DNA from: Eledone cirrhosa
Taxonomy: Eukaryota
Assembly: GCA_964016885.1 (NCBI GenBank)
Contig: OZ024740.1
Location: forward strand, 194,060,001 to 194,124,000
DNA length: 64,000 bases
Direction: 5' to 3'
Under the pieces are notes generated by a model that did not search any database, was not told the DNA's origin, and worked only from the letters and a program-made list of their open reading frames with translations. This document shows positions 27,617-43,731 of this stretch, in pieces; within the stretch, counting starts at the first letter, position 1, and each line of letters opens with the position of its first letter. The position numbers and the translations under genes were made by a program.

Positions 27617-28600
27617 TATCGTGTAATCATAAACTGAGAAAAACATTTAAATATTATAAACCTAATTAATAATATATATTTTAGAAATTAATATATAAAT
27701 TAATTTTAATGTAGTTAACCTATAATTTTAAATTTATTAACATTCTACTACAGATGAAATAAAAAATATCGTATAATCATAAACTGAGAAAAACATTTAA
27801 ATATTATTAACCTAATTAATATACACTTTAGAAATTAATATATAGATTAATTTTAGTTTATTTAACCTATTATTAAAATTCTATTTCAGATGAAATACAA
27901 CAAAATATCGTGTAATTAAAAACGGAGAAAAACTTTTTAATATTATATACCTAATTAATATACAATTTAGAAATTAATATATAAATTAATTTTAATTTAG
28001 TTAACCTATAATTTTAATTTAGTTAACTTATAATTAAAATTCTAATACAGATGAAATGCAAAATATCGTGTAATCATAAACTGAGAAAAACTTTTAAATA
28101 TATACCTAATTAATATACACTTTAGAAATTAATATATAGATTAATTTTAATTTAGTTAACCTATAATTAAAATTCTACTATAGATAAAATACAAAATTCT
28201 GATTTAAATATTATAAACCTAATTAACATATACTATAGAAATTAATATATAAACATTTTTTATTTTTTTATTTAGTTAACCTATAATTAATAATCTACTA
28301 CCGATGAACTACTTAATTTGGCTTTCCCTCTTACAAAATTCATTTCCTAAAACTGATACCATCAAGTAAATATATGTACTTATTTTTAATTTAGTTAAGC
28401 TATAATTAATACTCTACTACTGTTGAACTTCAAAATTCCGCTTTAAATATTATAAATCTAATTAGTATACACCTTAGAAATTAATATATTAACTATTTTT
28501 ATTTTAGTTAACCTATAATTAATATTCTACTTATATTAAAATACATAATTTGGCTTTCCTTCTTACAAATACCATTTCCTAAAACTGATACCACTAAGTA
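27617..28600 (+). repeat. AT-rich ~140-155 bp tandem repeats derived from the PLE ORF end and 3' UTR
   Basis: atcgtgtaatcataaactgagaaaaac recurs at ~27617, 27767, 27907 and 28063; tagttaacctata repeats further on. Confidence 0.85.
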
Positions 28601-28951
28601 AACACGTATAAAGCTTTAACTGCAGGTTAGTATTCTATGTTCCTTGAAACCTATATATTTACTATTTCCCACTAATAAATGTAATCCCCCCCCCCCAATA
28701 ATTATATGTATATGTAGGCGAGGATGTGTGTATGTGTATGTGAGTGTGTATGTATGTATGTGTGTATGTATGTGAGTATAAAAATACATATGTATGCATA
28801 TATATATATATATATATATGTATGTGTAGAGATGTGTGTATGTATGTGTATATATGTGTATATGTGTCTGACTGTGTATATATGTGTGTGTATGTCTATA
28901 TATATATGTATGTCTGAGTGTGTGTGTGTGTATGGTTGTATATATACATGT

Positions 28952-29002
<51 letters not shown>

Positions 29003-29726
29003 TGTATATATATATGTATGGGTATATGTTTTACTTATTTTTATGCGTGTGCATACAACCAGGTCAATATGCGTGAGTGTAAGTATGTGTATGTGTGTGT
29101 GTATGTATGTACGTATCGAACGTATGGATGTGTAAATGTGCGTGTGTATGTAAGCATGTATATTTTTATGTCTCTCTTTTATGTTTTTTTATGTTTCTTT
29201 TGAGAGACATGGGTGTCTGTGTATGTATGTACCCCCCCCCCCCACACACACACACATTTTTTCTCTTTTTTGTCTTCTTTTCTTGAGTTTTTCCTTCTAA
29301 GAATTTTTTATTTCTAATTTATTGATACATTTTTATAAGTATGTCGAGATTGACACTTTCCTTTAATTACTATACTCCCTTACCTCTTTTACTTTCGCAT
29401 CTAAATGTAAGTGTGTGTGGGCGTGTTTATGTGAGCGCCTCAATATTCATATACTTATGATGTATCTATTCCGTCTGTTGATTACAGACATACAGATACA
29501 TTAGCCCTAAATTTTATATTTACATACACTTTTTCACTATACGTATATATATGAGCATACACATTTATGCACATCTGTGAGCGTATTTACATACATATAT
29601 ACACACCTAACTGTATTTTCTTGATAGATTTTTATGTATCTCAATCTCTATTTCATTGGTCTATTCAAAATCTGTTCCCAAACAGACCTATTGTATTGAA
29701 TTGTTGTTATTATCAATAAACAAGCA

Positions 29727-29867
29727 TCATTATTTCTGAAGACAGCATATATATGTGAAGGTATGTATATTCCCTCTGATAGTTTGTATAATTTTGTACA
29801 TAGATCTTTTGAATATGCATACCAACTCTAACACATATATGTCCTAGAAACAATCGTAAAATAATGA
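29727..29867 (+). ncRNA. Type I hammerhead ribozyme with ~104 nt stem II
   Basis: tcattattt-CTGAAGA-(long hairpin: atatatgtg/cacatatat, ggtatgtatattc/gaatatgcatacc)-GAAA-caatcg-TA-aaataatga; 9-bp stem I. Confidence 0.8.
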
Positions 29868-29938
29868 ACTTTTTTTGTTTAATATAAGGAACTGTTTCTT
29901 TGTTTATTCATTATTTTTTTAATAATTTATATATGTAT

Positions 29939-30014
<76 letters not shown>

Positions 30015-30031
30015 ATATATATATATATAAT

Positions 30032-30064
<33 letters not shown>

Positions 30065-30132
30065 ATACATATATATATATATAATATATATATATAATTT
30101 ATATATATATTATACATATATATATTATATTT

Positions 30133-30164
<32 letters not shown>

Positions 30165-30199
30165 ATATATATATATATATATAATATATATATATATAT

Positions 30200-30255
30200 T
30201 TCATCATCATCATCACCGTCGTTTAACGTCCATTTTCCACGCTAGCACGGGTCAT
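30200..30255 (-). mobile_element. 3' tip of an RTE-tailed retroposon with (TGA)n tail
   Basis: catcatcatc..gtcgtttaacgtccattttccac; second copy at 36308-36357. Confidence 0.55.
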
Positions 30256-30294
30256 ATATATATGTAAATATATATATATGTATATATATATTAT

Positions 30295-30657
30295 AATAAT
30301 AATAAATTGTGGAGAGGAGGCCCATATATGAAAACAGGGAGAAAGAGACGATTATGAGGAAAAAAAAATGTTTTTCCCCTATTTTCATATATATATATAT
30401 ATATATATTACATATAGGGTTATAAATACAAATAGTCTCTTACAATTAATTAGCTCAAAGAAAGGAATATTTCTGCGTCGTGTAATACAAGTGAATATAT
30501 GATAGGGATAAACACTGATACGAGTATACTTATGTTCGTATTGCAAATGACTAAGTTAGCTAGATTGAAAAATACTAATTCGTATAATTCAATCTAGCTA
30601 ACTTGGTCATTTGCAATACGAACACATGTATACACGTATCAGTGTTTAACCCTATTA
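30295..30657. repeat. Dispersed repeat ending in a fold-back; related copies at 37790-38165 and 39371-40270
   Basis: Shared tagctcaaagaaag..ttgcaaatgac.aagttagctaga; terminal hairpin 30503-30657. Confidence 0.8.
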
Positions 30658-30739
30658 TATATATATATACACACATATATATATATACATATTTATATAT
30701 ATATATACATATTTATATATATATATATATATATATATG

Positions 30740-30864
<125 letters not shown>

Positions 30865-31101
30865 ATATATATAATATATATATATATACATAATATATAT
30901 ATAATATATATAAAATATATATATATATCTAATATATATATATATATAATATATATATATAAATAATATATATTTATAATATATATTTATATAATATATA
31001 TATATATAATATATATATAATATATATACATATATATAATATATATATGTATATAATATATATATATATTATATATATATACATATATATATATATAATA
31101 T

Positions 31102-31972
<871 letters not shown>

Positions 31973-32125
31973 ATATATATATATATATATATATGCAAAA
32001 GTTCTATTTAAATTGTAGGGATACAACAAGCAAATATTTTTATAACTGATATAAGGCACTCAACAAGTATTTGGAGTAAACATACGATATTAACAAATGG
32101 AAAGTATATTTATAAAACCATATTT

Positions 32126-32187
32126 CTTTCATTATACATATTTCAAGTACACCAAGTTAAATTATGGTGTGCTTTCATCAGACAAAA
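32126..32187 (-). ncRNA. Type I hammerhead ribozyme in a related repeat (31995-32270)
   Basis: ttttgt-CTGATGA-aagcacacca..tggtgtactt-GAAA-tatgta-TA-atgaaa. Confidence 0.75.
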
Positions 32188-32328
32188 TATAATATAAATC
32201 AGTTTTATGAATAAATATTGACATACCCTTAAAAAATGCAACCATTACTGTTGGAAGCTTCTATATCGTATATATATATATATATATATATATATCATAC
32301 ATATATATAAATAATATATATATATATG

Positions 32329-32406
<78 letters not shown>

Positions 32407-32414
32407 TATATAAT

Positions 32415-32448
<34 letters not shown>

Positions 32449-32538
32449 ATATATATATATATAATATATATATATATAATATATATATATAATATATATA
32501 TATATAATATATATATATAATATATATATATATATATG

Positions 32539-32642
<104 letters not shown>

Positions 32643-32742
32643 TAAAATATATATATATATATATATTTAATATATATAAAATATATATATATTTAATATA
32701 TATAAAATATATATATATATATATATCTAAATATGTAACAAT

Positions 32743-34014
32743 ATGCTGAACTCCAACCAGCATGGATTCAGTAATGGAAGGGATTGCCTGACGCAGCTAC
32801 TGCATCACTTTGATGACATTTTGAGAGCCTTGGGAGAGGGTTCCAACACTGATGTTATTTACCTTGATTTCAGCAAGGCCTTTGAAAGTGTTGATCACAA
32901 CATTCTACTGAGAAAGCTGTCCAATATTGGTGTCACTGGAAAGCTGCTGCAGTGGATCAAGAGCTTCCTGTCAAACAGAACCCAACATGTTGTAGTCGAA
33001 GGAGTCAAATCCAGCCCAGCCAAAGTCAGTAGTGGGGTCCCACAAGGCACTGTGTTGGGCCCACTTCTCTTCATCATCTATATTAATGACATCACTGACA
33101 TCATCAAACACAGCAACATTAGAATTTTCGCTGACGATTCCAAGCTGCAAAAGGTCATCGATGGCGTGGATGACCGGATAAGCCTTCAGTCAGACCTACT
33201 GGCTGTTACCCAATGGGCGGAAAAGAACAACATGTTACTGAACGAAGACAAATTCGAACTGATCCACTTTGGAAAAGAAGATGCTCTGAAATTCCCGTAC
33301 TCCCTTCCCTCCGGTGAAACTCTCGTGGCATCTAACAACATCAGAGACTTGGGAGTAACCGTGGACAGCAACATAAGCTGGGCCACGCATATAAGCAGCA
33401 AAGTTGACATGGCCCGCAGAATGTGTTCCTGGATTCTCAGAACCTTCCAGTCGAGAGATTCCCACACCATTATCCTTCTCTTCTCTACTTTTGCCCGACC
33501 ACACCTTGAATACTGTTGTCCACTGTGGTCTCCCCACACCAAACAAAGTATCATGAAACTTGAAGCTCCCCAAAGGGCAATCACGAAAAAGATAGATGGT
33601 ATGTCAGACCTTGACTACTGGGGTCGACTAGAAAAGCTGAAACTTTACTCACTCCAACGTCGCCGTGAGCGTTATATTATCTGCATGATGTGGAAAATGT
33701 TTCATCATCACTGCCCAAATGATGTTGGTATCACCTTCAAATTACACCCAAGGCTTGGGCCCCGTGCAATCCGTCCCAAACAAAAATCTAAATCGCAACT
33801 CATAACAACAATACGGCACAATTATTTCACCTCAATTGGCCCTGCTCTCTTCAACATCACACCAGGACACGTCAAAACAGAAACTGTAAAAAAAAAATTC
33901 AAGAAGTCTATGGACAAATTCCTCCAAGTAATCCCGGACAAACCTCCCACACACGGATATGTCTCCGCAAACAGTAATTCTCTTCTAGAATGGGCCATGG
34001 TGCCCAAATCCTGA
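32743..34014 (+). CDS. CR1-group LINE reverse transcriptase (5'-truncated element, open 423 aa frame; 3' end ~34098)
   Basis: QHGF, DVIYLDFSKAF, SGVPQGTVLGPLLF, FADD, RDLGV, RPHLEYC..WSP, LQRRRER. Confidence 0.9.
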   Translation: MLNSNQHGFSNGRDCLTQLLHHFDDILRALGEGSNTDVIYLDFSKAFESVDHNILLRKLSNIGVTGKLLQWIKSFLSNRTQHVVVEGVKSSPAKVSSGVPQGTVLGPLLFIIYINDITDIIKHSNIRIFADDSKLQKVIDGVDDRISLQSDLLAVTQWAEKNNMLLNEDKFELIHFGKEDALKFPYSLPSGETLVASNNIRDLGVTVDSNISWATHISSKVDMARRMCSWILRTFQSRDSHTIILLFSTFARPHLEYCCPLWSPHTKQSIMKLEAPQRAITKKIDGMSDLDYWGRLEKLKLYSLQRRRERYIICMMWKMFHHHCPNDVGITFKLHPRLGPRAIRPKQKSKSQLITTIRHNYFTSIGPALFNITPGHVKTETVKKKFKKSMDKFLQVIPDKPPTHGYVSANSNSLLEWAMVPKS

Positions 34015-34258
34015 ATTGAAAGACTTCGCCAGGTGGTGCTATTAAGTTAGACATGGCCTGGGCCAATACTGGCCAAAACATTTCAAAGTTATTCAAAGTA
34101 TATATATGACCCATGCGAGCGTGGACCATAACGGCAAGCTCAAGCCATTTCGACGAGACGGCTTGAGCTCAGCCGTCAAGGTCCTACTTTTTCCTATTAC
34201 CCACTCTACTACCCTAAGTATTGAGTACTTGGGTGCGTTATGGTTGACATTTCCTTCG

Positions 34259-34322
<64 letters not shown>

Positions 34323-34324
34323 AT

Positions 34325-34356
<32 letters not shown>

Positions 34357-34378
34357 AAACATATATATATATATAATA

Positions 34379-34436
<58 letters not shown>

Positions 34437-34463
34437 ATATATATATATATACAAAACATATAT

Positions 34464-34530
<67 letters not shown>

Positions 34531-34683
34531 AAACATATATATATATATATAATATATATATATATATAATATATATATATATGTAATATATATATATAAT
34601 ATATATATATATAATATATATATATATGTAATATATATATATATAATATATATATATATAATATATATATATATGTAATATAT

Positions 34684-35510
34684 GAGAGACGTAAAATAAG
34701 AAAATTATAAAATTAACTTACTTACTAAAATATCACTTCCAACTAATTAGTTTCTGGAATGGAATAAATATATTTTTCGAAGAAAATACAGAGAATCCAT
34801 TCCAGAAACTAATTAGTTGGAAGTGATATTTTAGTAAGTAAGTTAATTTTATAATTTTCTTCTTTTACGTCTCTCATATTATTGTTCTGCAACCCCATGC
34901 ATTGAACCACAAAGTTACTAAGACAAAACCAATATATTTGCTAGCATTGATATGCATCTGTATGTATATATATGTTACTAGATATTAATTCTTTATAATT
35001 ATCTCCAAATTATTTGTCGAGCAATATTGGCCATGACTGCTGCTATGGTAGCAGGCAGGCCGCTGTCTTATTAGCAAACCACTTTCCACTGATTGACCTC
35101 GATGTCACGTGATTGATTCTTTTTGAATTTGCCACCGACGCAGACGCAGTGATCTTCTCAATGGCTAGGAATTCAGTCCACGCTTTGCTAATTACTATCC
35201 ACTGAATTATTTTTTAATAAGTTTCCAGAGTCCACGCTTTGCCTGGATACTTAGATGAGAATAGTCTTCCCTGACGACGGAATGATTCTCTGTATTTTCT
35301 TCGGAAAATATATTTATTCCATTCCAGAAACTAATTAGTTGGAAGTGATATTTTAGTAAGTTAATTTTATAATTTTCTTATTTTACGTCTCTCATATTAT
35401 TGTTCTGCAACCCCATGCATTGAACCATAAAGTTACTAAGACAAAACCTATATATTTGCTAGCATTGATATGCATCTGTATGTATATATATGTTACTAGA
35501 TATTAATTCT
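34684..35510 (+). mobile_element. HHR repeat family B: ~520 bp unit in partial tandem with 5' inverted piece
   Basis: 34797-34990 repeats at 35318-35510; 34684-34765 is inverted. Confidence 0.85.
35266..35345 (+). ncRNA. Type I hammerhead ribozyme (family B)
   Basis: cttcc-CTGACGA-cggaatg..cattcca-GAAA-ctaattag-TT-ggaag. Confidence 0.8.
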
Positions 35511-35511
35511 G

Positions 35512-36070
35512 TAGGAACGGGAAAAAACGAATAATACGTCATTAATAGGAGCGGTGAAAAACAATTACGCGCAAAGACAGAACCACGTTTATGGTATAAA
35601 AGAGGTCGTAGACTAATGTTCTCTTAGGTGGTGCATAGAGACGTTCTCTGGCAATGAACGAAAAAACGAAGATAATAAGTCATATGTGGAGTCTACGATT
35701 TCTGCTATACCATTTACGTGGTTTTGTCTTTGCGTGCTATTGTTCTCCACGCTCCACATATGACTAATTATCTTCGTTTTTTCGTTCATTGCCAGAGAAC
35801 GTCTCTATGCACCACCTAAAAGAACATTAGTCTACGACCTCTTTTATACCATAAACGTGGTTCTGTCTTTGCGCGTAATTGTTTTTCACCGCTCCTATTA
35901 ATGACGTATTATTCGTTTTTTCCCGTTCCTAGCCAGCGAACGTTTCCACGAACCAAAGTATCGTCTTCCTGTCTTCCTCCGGTTGCAACGTTTTTTGAAA
36001 TATCCAGTTCTGCGTTTACAGATTGACTTTGTTAGTTTCAGAAGATCCTGGTAAGGGTGAAAGCAGCGAT
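35512..36070 (+). repeat. Fold-back fragment of the Naiad 3' UTR, ending inside the CAGAAGA HHR
   Basis: 35512-35690 inverted versus 35755-35931; matches 43050-43435. Confidence 0.85.
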
Positions 36071-36108
36071 AATAATATATATATATAATATATGTATATA
36101 TAAAATAT

Positions 36109-36142
<34 letters not shown>

Positions 36143-36354
36143 AATATATATATATCTATATATATATAATATATATATATATAATATATATATATATATA
36201 ATATATATATATATAATATATATACATACAATATATATATAATATAAATATATATAATATATATATATAATATGTATATATATATATATATATATATATC
36301 TATATATCATCATCATCCTCGTCGTTTAACGTCCATTTTCCACGGTAGCATGGG

Positions 36355-36444
<90 letters not shown>

Positions 36445-36448
36445 ATAT

Positions 36449-36824
<376 letters not shown>

Positions 36825-36828
<4 letters not shown>

Positions 36829-37750
36829 TATGGGGAGAAGTATACTGCATGGTTGCACATGGATAATATGTTATAAAATGAGACCCTCATCAGTGATTTG
36901 CCAACGGTCATTGGTATTTCATTGCATTAAAAATCATATACCTCACGTTGGTGCAATAATAACTAAAATAAGTTATTAGGACAATTAAAACGTGTAAAGC
37001 CAGTGAGACAAGTAAACAAACAGGGGAAAGCTAACCGAAGATAGGAAGAAACACAAGCTACATAGTTATTCTATCAGTATAAGCTGGGTGAATATATGAG
37101 CGAGAAGGAAATAGACCTTTCGCGATGAATCCGATGTAAGAAAGATGGAAATCGTTTTCGTAGCGAACGGGGGGAAGTGAGAAGGGGAGAAACAGTGAGT
37201 GAGTGAGTGGAAGTGCGAGAAAGAGGTCAGTAGTGAGAAAGTGTTAACTGACATGACAAAGGGGACGAAAGAAAGTAAGAGAAACAGAGAGAACGAGGGA
37301 GCAGTAAGAGAGAGAGAGAGAAAAACAGAATCGCAGTTTATGTAAATATATGTGAAAAATTTGGGGAGAAGAATACTGTATGGATGCACATGGATAACAT
37401 GTTATTAAATGAGTCCCTCATCAGTGATTTGCCAACGGTCATTGGTATTTCATTGCATTAAAAATCATATACCTCACGTTGGTGCAATAATAACTAAAAT
37501 AAGTTATTAGGACAATTAAAACGCGTAAAGCGAGTGAGGCAAGTAAACAAACAGGGGAAAGGTAACCAAGATAGGAAGAAACACAAGCTACATAGTTATT
37601 CTATCAGTATAAGCTGGGTGAATATATGAGCGAGTAAAAAATAGACCTTTCGCGATGAATCCGATGTAAGAAAGATGGAAATCGTTTTCGTAGCGAACGG
37701 GGGAAGGGAGAAGGGGAGAAACAGTGAGTGAGTGAGTGGAAGTGCGAGGA
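36825..37750 (-). repeat. ~533 bp unit in partial tandem
   Basis: 36825-37215 recurs at 37357-37748; minus strand has ctgatgaggg but no matching GAAA. Confidence 0.85.
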
Positions 37751-37751
37751 A

Positions 37752-37795
<44 letters not shown>

Positions 37796-38161
37796 AATAA
37801 TAACGTTTGGAGACGAGGCCCATATATGAAAACAGGGAGAAAGAGACGATTATGAGGAACAAACATTTTTTTTTCCTGTTTTCATATATATATATATATA
37901 TATATTATATATAGGGTTATAAGCTCAAATAGTCTTTTACAATTAATTAGCTCAAAGAAAGGAATATTTATGAGCCGTTTAATACAAATGAATATATGAT
38001 AGGGATAAACACTGATACGAGTATACATGTGTTCGTATTGCAAATGACCAAGTTAGCTAGATTGAAAAATACTAATTAACGTACTAATTAGTATTTTTTA
38101 ATCTAGCTAACTTGGTCATTTGTAATACGAACATATGTATAATCGTATCAGTGTTTATCCC

Positions 38162-39168
<1,007 letters not shown>

Positions 39169-39194
39169 TATATATATATATATATATATATACA

Positions 39195-39271
<77 letters not shown>

Positions 39272-39284
39272 GTATATATTTATA

Positions 39285-39332
<48 letters not shown>

Positions 39333-39370
39333 GTATATATTTATATATGTATATATTTATATATGTATAT

Positions 39371-40270
39371 AAGCATTCCTTTACAATGAAATAGCTCAAA
39401 GAAAGAAATATTTCTGAGCCGTATAAAACAAGTAAATATAAATTAATATATATGATGATACACAAATACCAACATATCTGTGTTTATATTGCAAAAGAAA
39501 TTAAGTTAGCTAGAATGTAATATACTAATTATAATATTACAGTTTGCCTATCTCGATTTAAAATAATAAATCAATAAAAACAAACAGCATTGGCAAATGG
39601 CCATGGTGTTTAGACAAATTTAAATTTCAAAATCAAACCTGTTCCGTAGATAAGTTTAAACTTTAAAATCCAAATATGTTTCGAGATGAATAAGTGTAAG
39701 GATATCATGTCCAGCTCACATTAGTAAACATCCTGAACAAATTGATATGCTTCACTTCTAAATATTTTAAAAGACTGTTTAACGCACATGGTTTAACACA
39801 TGGTTTTCCAGTTTCTAGCCATCCTCATACTCGTAGTGCTAGAAATAACAGCCGTATATATGGGGCTACTATCAGCTCAACGTAAGGAGCAATTATATTA
39901 AGTGTATTGAGTTCAAAACTCAAGCATTCATTTACAATGAAATAGCTCAAAGAAAGAAATATTTCTGAGCCGTATAAAACAAGTAAATATAAATTAATAT
40001 ATATGATGAAACACAATTGGTTTATGATGAAACACAATTGATTTATTTCTGAGCCGTATAAAACAAGTAAATATAAATTAATAAATATGATGAAACACAA
40101 TTGATTTATGATGAAACACAATTGATTTATTATTTTAAATCGAGATAGGCAAACTGTAATATTATAAATAGTATATTTCATTCTAGCTAACTTAATTTCT
40201 TTTGCAATATAAACACAGATATGTTGGTATTTGTGTTTCATCATATATATTAATTTATATTTACTTGTTT
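39371..40270. repeat. ~550 bp unit in partial tandem with terminal inversion
   Basis: aagcattc.tttacaatgaaatagctc at 39371 and 39922; ~40120-40270 inverted versus ~39425-39572. Confidence 0.8.
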
Positions 40271-40306
40271 TATATATATATTTATATATGTATATATTTA
40301 TATATG

Positions 40307-40339
<33 letters not shown>

Positions 40340-40439
40340 GTATATATATATATGTATATATATATATGTGTATATATATATGTATATATATATATATATA
40401 TACACACATATATATATACATATTTACCTAAAACTCCTG

Positions 40440-43400
40440 ATACAGAAAACAGACGTATTCATTAAAAGGTTGCGTTGGCGTGCATTTTATTTCGATAATC
40501 CGCGAAAAGCAGACAACAAACAGGATAAATTTGGGTTTAAAACCTATAATAACCCTCCGTGTAACCCAGCATTGCTTCCATTGATGTCTTGGAACTCATA
40601 CGGAGTATCAAATTTCGGAATAGGAGCAATTCCTTCCAGCAGGACTTGAAGAATAGAATTCGTTCTATTAAGGATTCTAATGCCGTGCGCGTCCATTCCG
40701 ACAAAACTGGCAACCTATATCAAGTGGAGCGCAGTACTTAACATCAACTACTACATAATGCTGTAACTAAGGATTACCGTAAAACTAATCGGTGCGTCAT
40801 CAATGAAATCTACGATGCTGGGTTTAAAATCACCTCTGATCTCAACATCCTGGACCGGACCGAACATCTAGACCCTATTTCTGCCCACTTTACCCTGAAA
40901 GATCACACATCCAATTTTCCGAACAACCCCTCTATTCGGCTTATTAACCCTACGATGTCCGATTTAGGTAGACTTAGTAAAAGGATTATTGATAGAATTA
41001 TACCTGAAATTAGAAGTCTGGCCCCTCTTGCAGTGTGGAATAATTCTTTCGCGGTGATTAATTGGTTCAACGGCATATGCAACAAGGAACATTGCCGTTT
41101 TATCCAATTCGACATCAATAATTACTACTCCTCCATCACCTTAACACTTCTCCTTAGAGCTATCAATTTCACTAAAACACTCACAGTGGTTAAGGATTTC
41201 GAAATTGATGTCATACTCAATGCCCGTAAGTCGGTGATTAATTTCGACGACTCTATTTGGATTAAAAAATCCAATAATACCCCATTCGACGTGAGTATGG
41301 GCGCCAGCGATTCTGCAGAGGTTACTGATCTTATCAGCCTTTTCCTTCTTTTCTCTATCATGGACCAATTTCCCAACGTGGGCGGTGGTGTGTACCGTGA
41401 TGATGGTCTTTTGACCATGACTAAGTGCGGCCCTCGTGCTTGCGACAGATTCAGAAAAGAACTCACAGCCTTCTTTAAAGGTTTCAACCTCTCTATACAG
41501 GTTGAGGCCAACCTGTCGGCCGTTAATTACCTCGAAGTTACCCTAAATTTATCGATTGGGTTGTATTACCCGTATAGAAAGCCGAATGATACGCTTAATT
41601 ACATAAGTAAGCATTCCAACAATCCTGCCAGCATAACCAAGAACCTGGTAAGAAACGTTTCGTTGAGGCTTTCCCGTCTATTTAGTAACGAGCATATTTT
41701 CAACGACCATTCCACATATTACAATGAAGTTGTTGCTCGGAGTGGATTTGTCGATAAGGTAGCATATACAGAGTACGAGAATACACCTAGAAGAAATAGA
41801 TCCCAACGCATTATATGATATAACCCACCTTATAATATGGAGGTGGCCACACCATTAGCTAAGATCTTTCTTTCCCTTATTACGAAGCATATTCCCCCAA
41901 TACATAAATATAGTAACATTTTTAATAGAAACACTATTAAAATGTCTTACTCTACGACTCCTAACCTTGCACATAACATCACAGCTTCAAATTTAGCTAA
42001 TCTACCTAGCCGTAGGAACACTTGCAACCCTGTAGTTAGTACTAACTGTAATTATAGGAATCGGGTTGATTGCCCCTTATCCGGGAAATGCCTCTCTAGT
42101 AACATTGTCTACAAATGTAAGTTTGAAACACCCACGTCCCGTAGAGCCTACATAGGGTTAACCGGCAATAGATTCAAGCAACGTCTTTACATGCATACCC
42201 ATTCTTTTCGTTACCCTCTAAGAAGGAATATGAGGTCACCTTCAGCTTATATCTGGAGTCTAAAAGACAACCACACCCAATATAAGTTACACTGAGAGAT
42301 CCTAGCTAGGGCTAGATCGTATAACGGAAATAAAAGACATTGTGACCTCTGCGCCGATGAGGCCCTGGAAATACTCTACGCCACAGACCACATCTTAAAC
42401 AAAATATCTGAGGCAATTTCGACTTGTAAACATAAATTGCACAAAACTTTCCTGTATTACAGCCCCACATTATACCCTAACGGATAGTACGATCTATACG
42501 CGGATATTTTACGTCTTGATATGTTAGCTAAATAAATGTTATATTTTACCATTACTTACTTGCATAGGTAAGTATATATTACCTGTATGTTTTTTGAAGG
42601 TACGAATACTTTCTCGTACGTATATTTGATTGTATATGTTATGACGTATATTTTATATATTCTGGTACATATGCTTTTGGTTATGTGTATACGTGAGTTT
42701 TGCGTCTGTGTGAGTATGCGGGTTCGTACGTATGTAGGGTGTGTGTATATGTGTACTTCGAGTTTTGGTTGACGTATCCGTACATTTGTATTTTTACATG
42801 CAGATATGTGTGTGCGCTTGTTATATACGTATTATATACGTTTATTTAATTATTTGTATACACGCACACACACACATATTTATATGTGCGTGTATTTGTA
42901 TACCTATGGCGAGTGTTTCCGCGTATGCTTCTGTATGTACCTATTTGGATGCGTGTATGTATTTATTTAATTTCAATTACCTCTGTATTTTATTTACTTT
43001 ATTCTTAACTCTGAGGCCGAGAATCATTCGGTTTCCTAGTTAGAATTTTAGTCTACGACTTCAGTTATACCATTTACGTGGTTTTGTCTTTGTGTGCAAT
43101 TGTTCTCCAAGCTCCCCATATAACGGATTATCTTCGTTTTTTCCGTTCATTGCCAGAGAACGTCTCTATGAACCAGCTAAGAGAATATTAGTCTACGACT
43201 TCTTTTATACCATAAACGTGGTTCTGTCTTTGCGTGTAATTGTTTTCCCTGCTCCAAATAATGACGTATTATATTCGTTTATTCCCGTTCTTTGCCAGGG
43301 AATGTTTCCACGAACCAAAGTATCGTCTTCCTGTCTTCCTTCGGTCGGTTGCAACGTTTTTTGAAATATTCACTTCTGCGTTTACAGATTGACTTTGTTA

Positions 43401-43558
43401 GTTTCAGAAGATTCCGTTAAGGGTGAAAGCACCGATTCTTTGCTTAAACTTTAATCTGTTATTTTAATAAATATTTGCTCTACGGTTCTTATATATTTGA
43501 TATATATTTATCGTTATCGAGCCCTCTTTGGATGTTAGTCTTCAAATTTATTATTATT
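40440..43558 (+). mobile_element. Naiad-type PLE (RT + GIY-YIG 40445-42487, ~1 kb 3' UTR with HHR)
   Basis: [69 protein letters not shown]; frameshift and W-to-stop lesions. Confidence 0.92.
43400..43450 (+). ncRNA. Type I hammerhead ribozyme with CAGAAGA core
   Basis: agttt-CAGAAGA-ttccgttaagggt-GAAA-gca..tgc-TT-aaact; outer stem I cagatt/aatctg beyond an internal loop. Confidence 0.7.
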
Positions 43559-43574
43559 ATATATATATATATAT

Positions 43575-43731
43575 AATTGCTAATACTATCTATCGGTCGC
43601 AACTGCAGGTAGAAGGAGCGACGTGAAATAAAGTGTCTTGCTCAAGGACATAACGCATCGCCTGGTTCAGGAATCGAAGTCACAATCTCACGATTGCGAA
43701 TCAATTCTCTAACCACTCAGCCACACGCCTT

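Larger units (their letters stand above)
26994..29925 (+). mobile_element. 5'-truncated Naiad-type PLE (GIY-YIG fragment 27292-27669, long 3' UTR, HHR) with 5' inversion
   Basis: NIVYKC..YIGATSNNFKVRF..W..CRLC..E..LLNKR; 26994-27285 is the reverse complement of 28078-28365. Confidence 0.8.

Noticed and set aside
36870-37430. CTGATGAGGG (minus strand) as a complete hammerhead
   Set aside because: No GAAA with compatible stems in either copy
41810-42300. In-frame TGA codons in the Naiad ORF as selenocysteine (some Naiads encode selenoproteins)
   Set aside because: Both fall at Trp positions (IIW-YNPP; LHW-EI, which is TGG in the 52.6 kb copy), and none of the Cys-motif positions in the Naiads here is TGA
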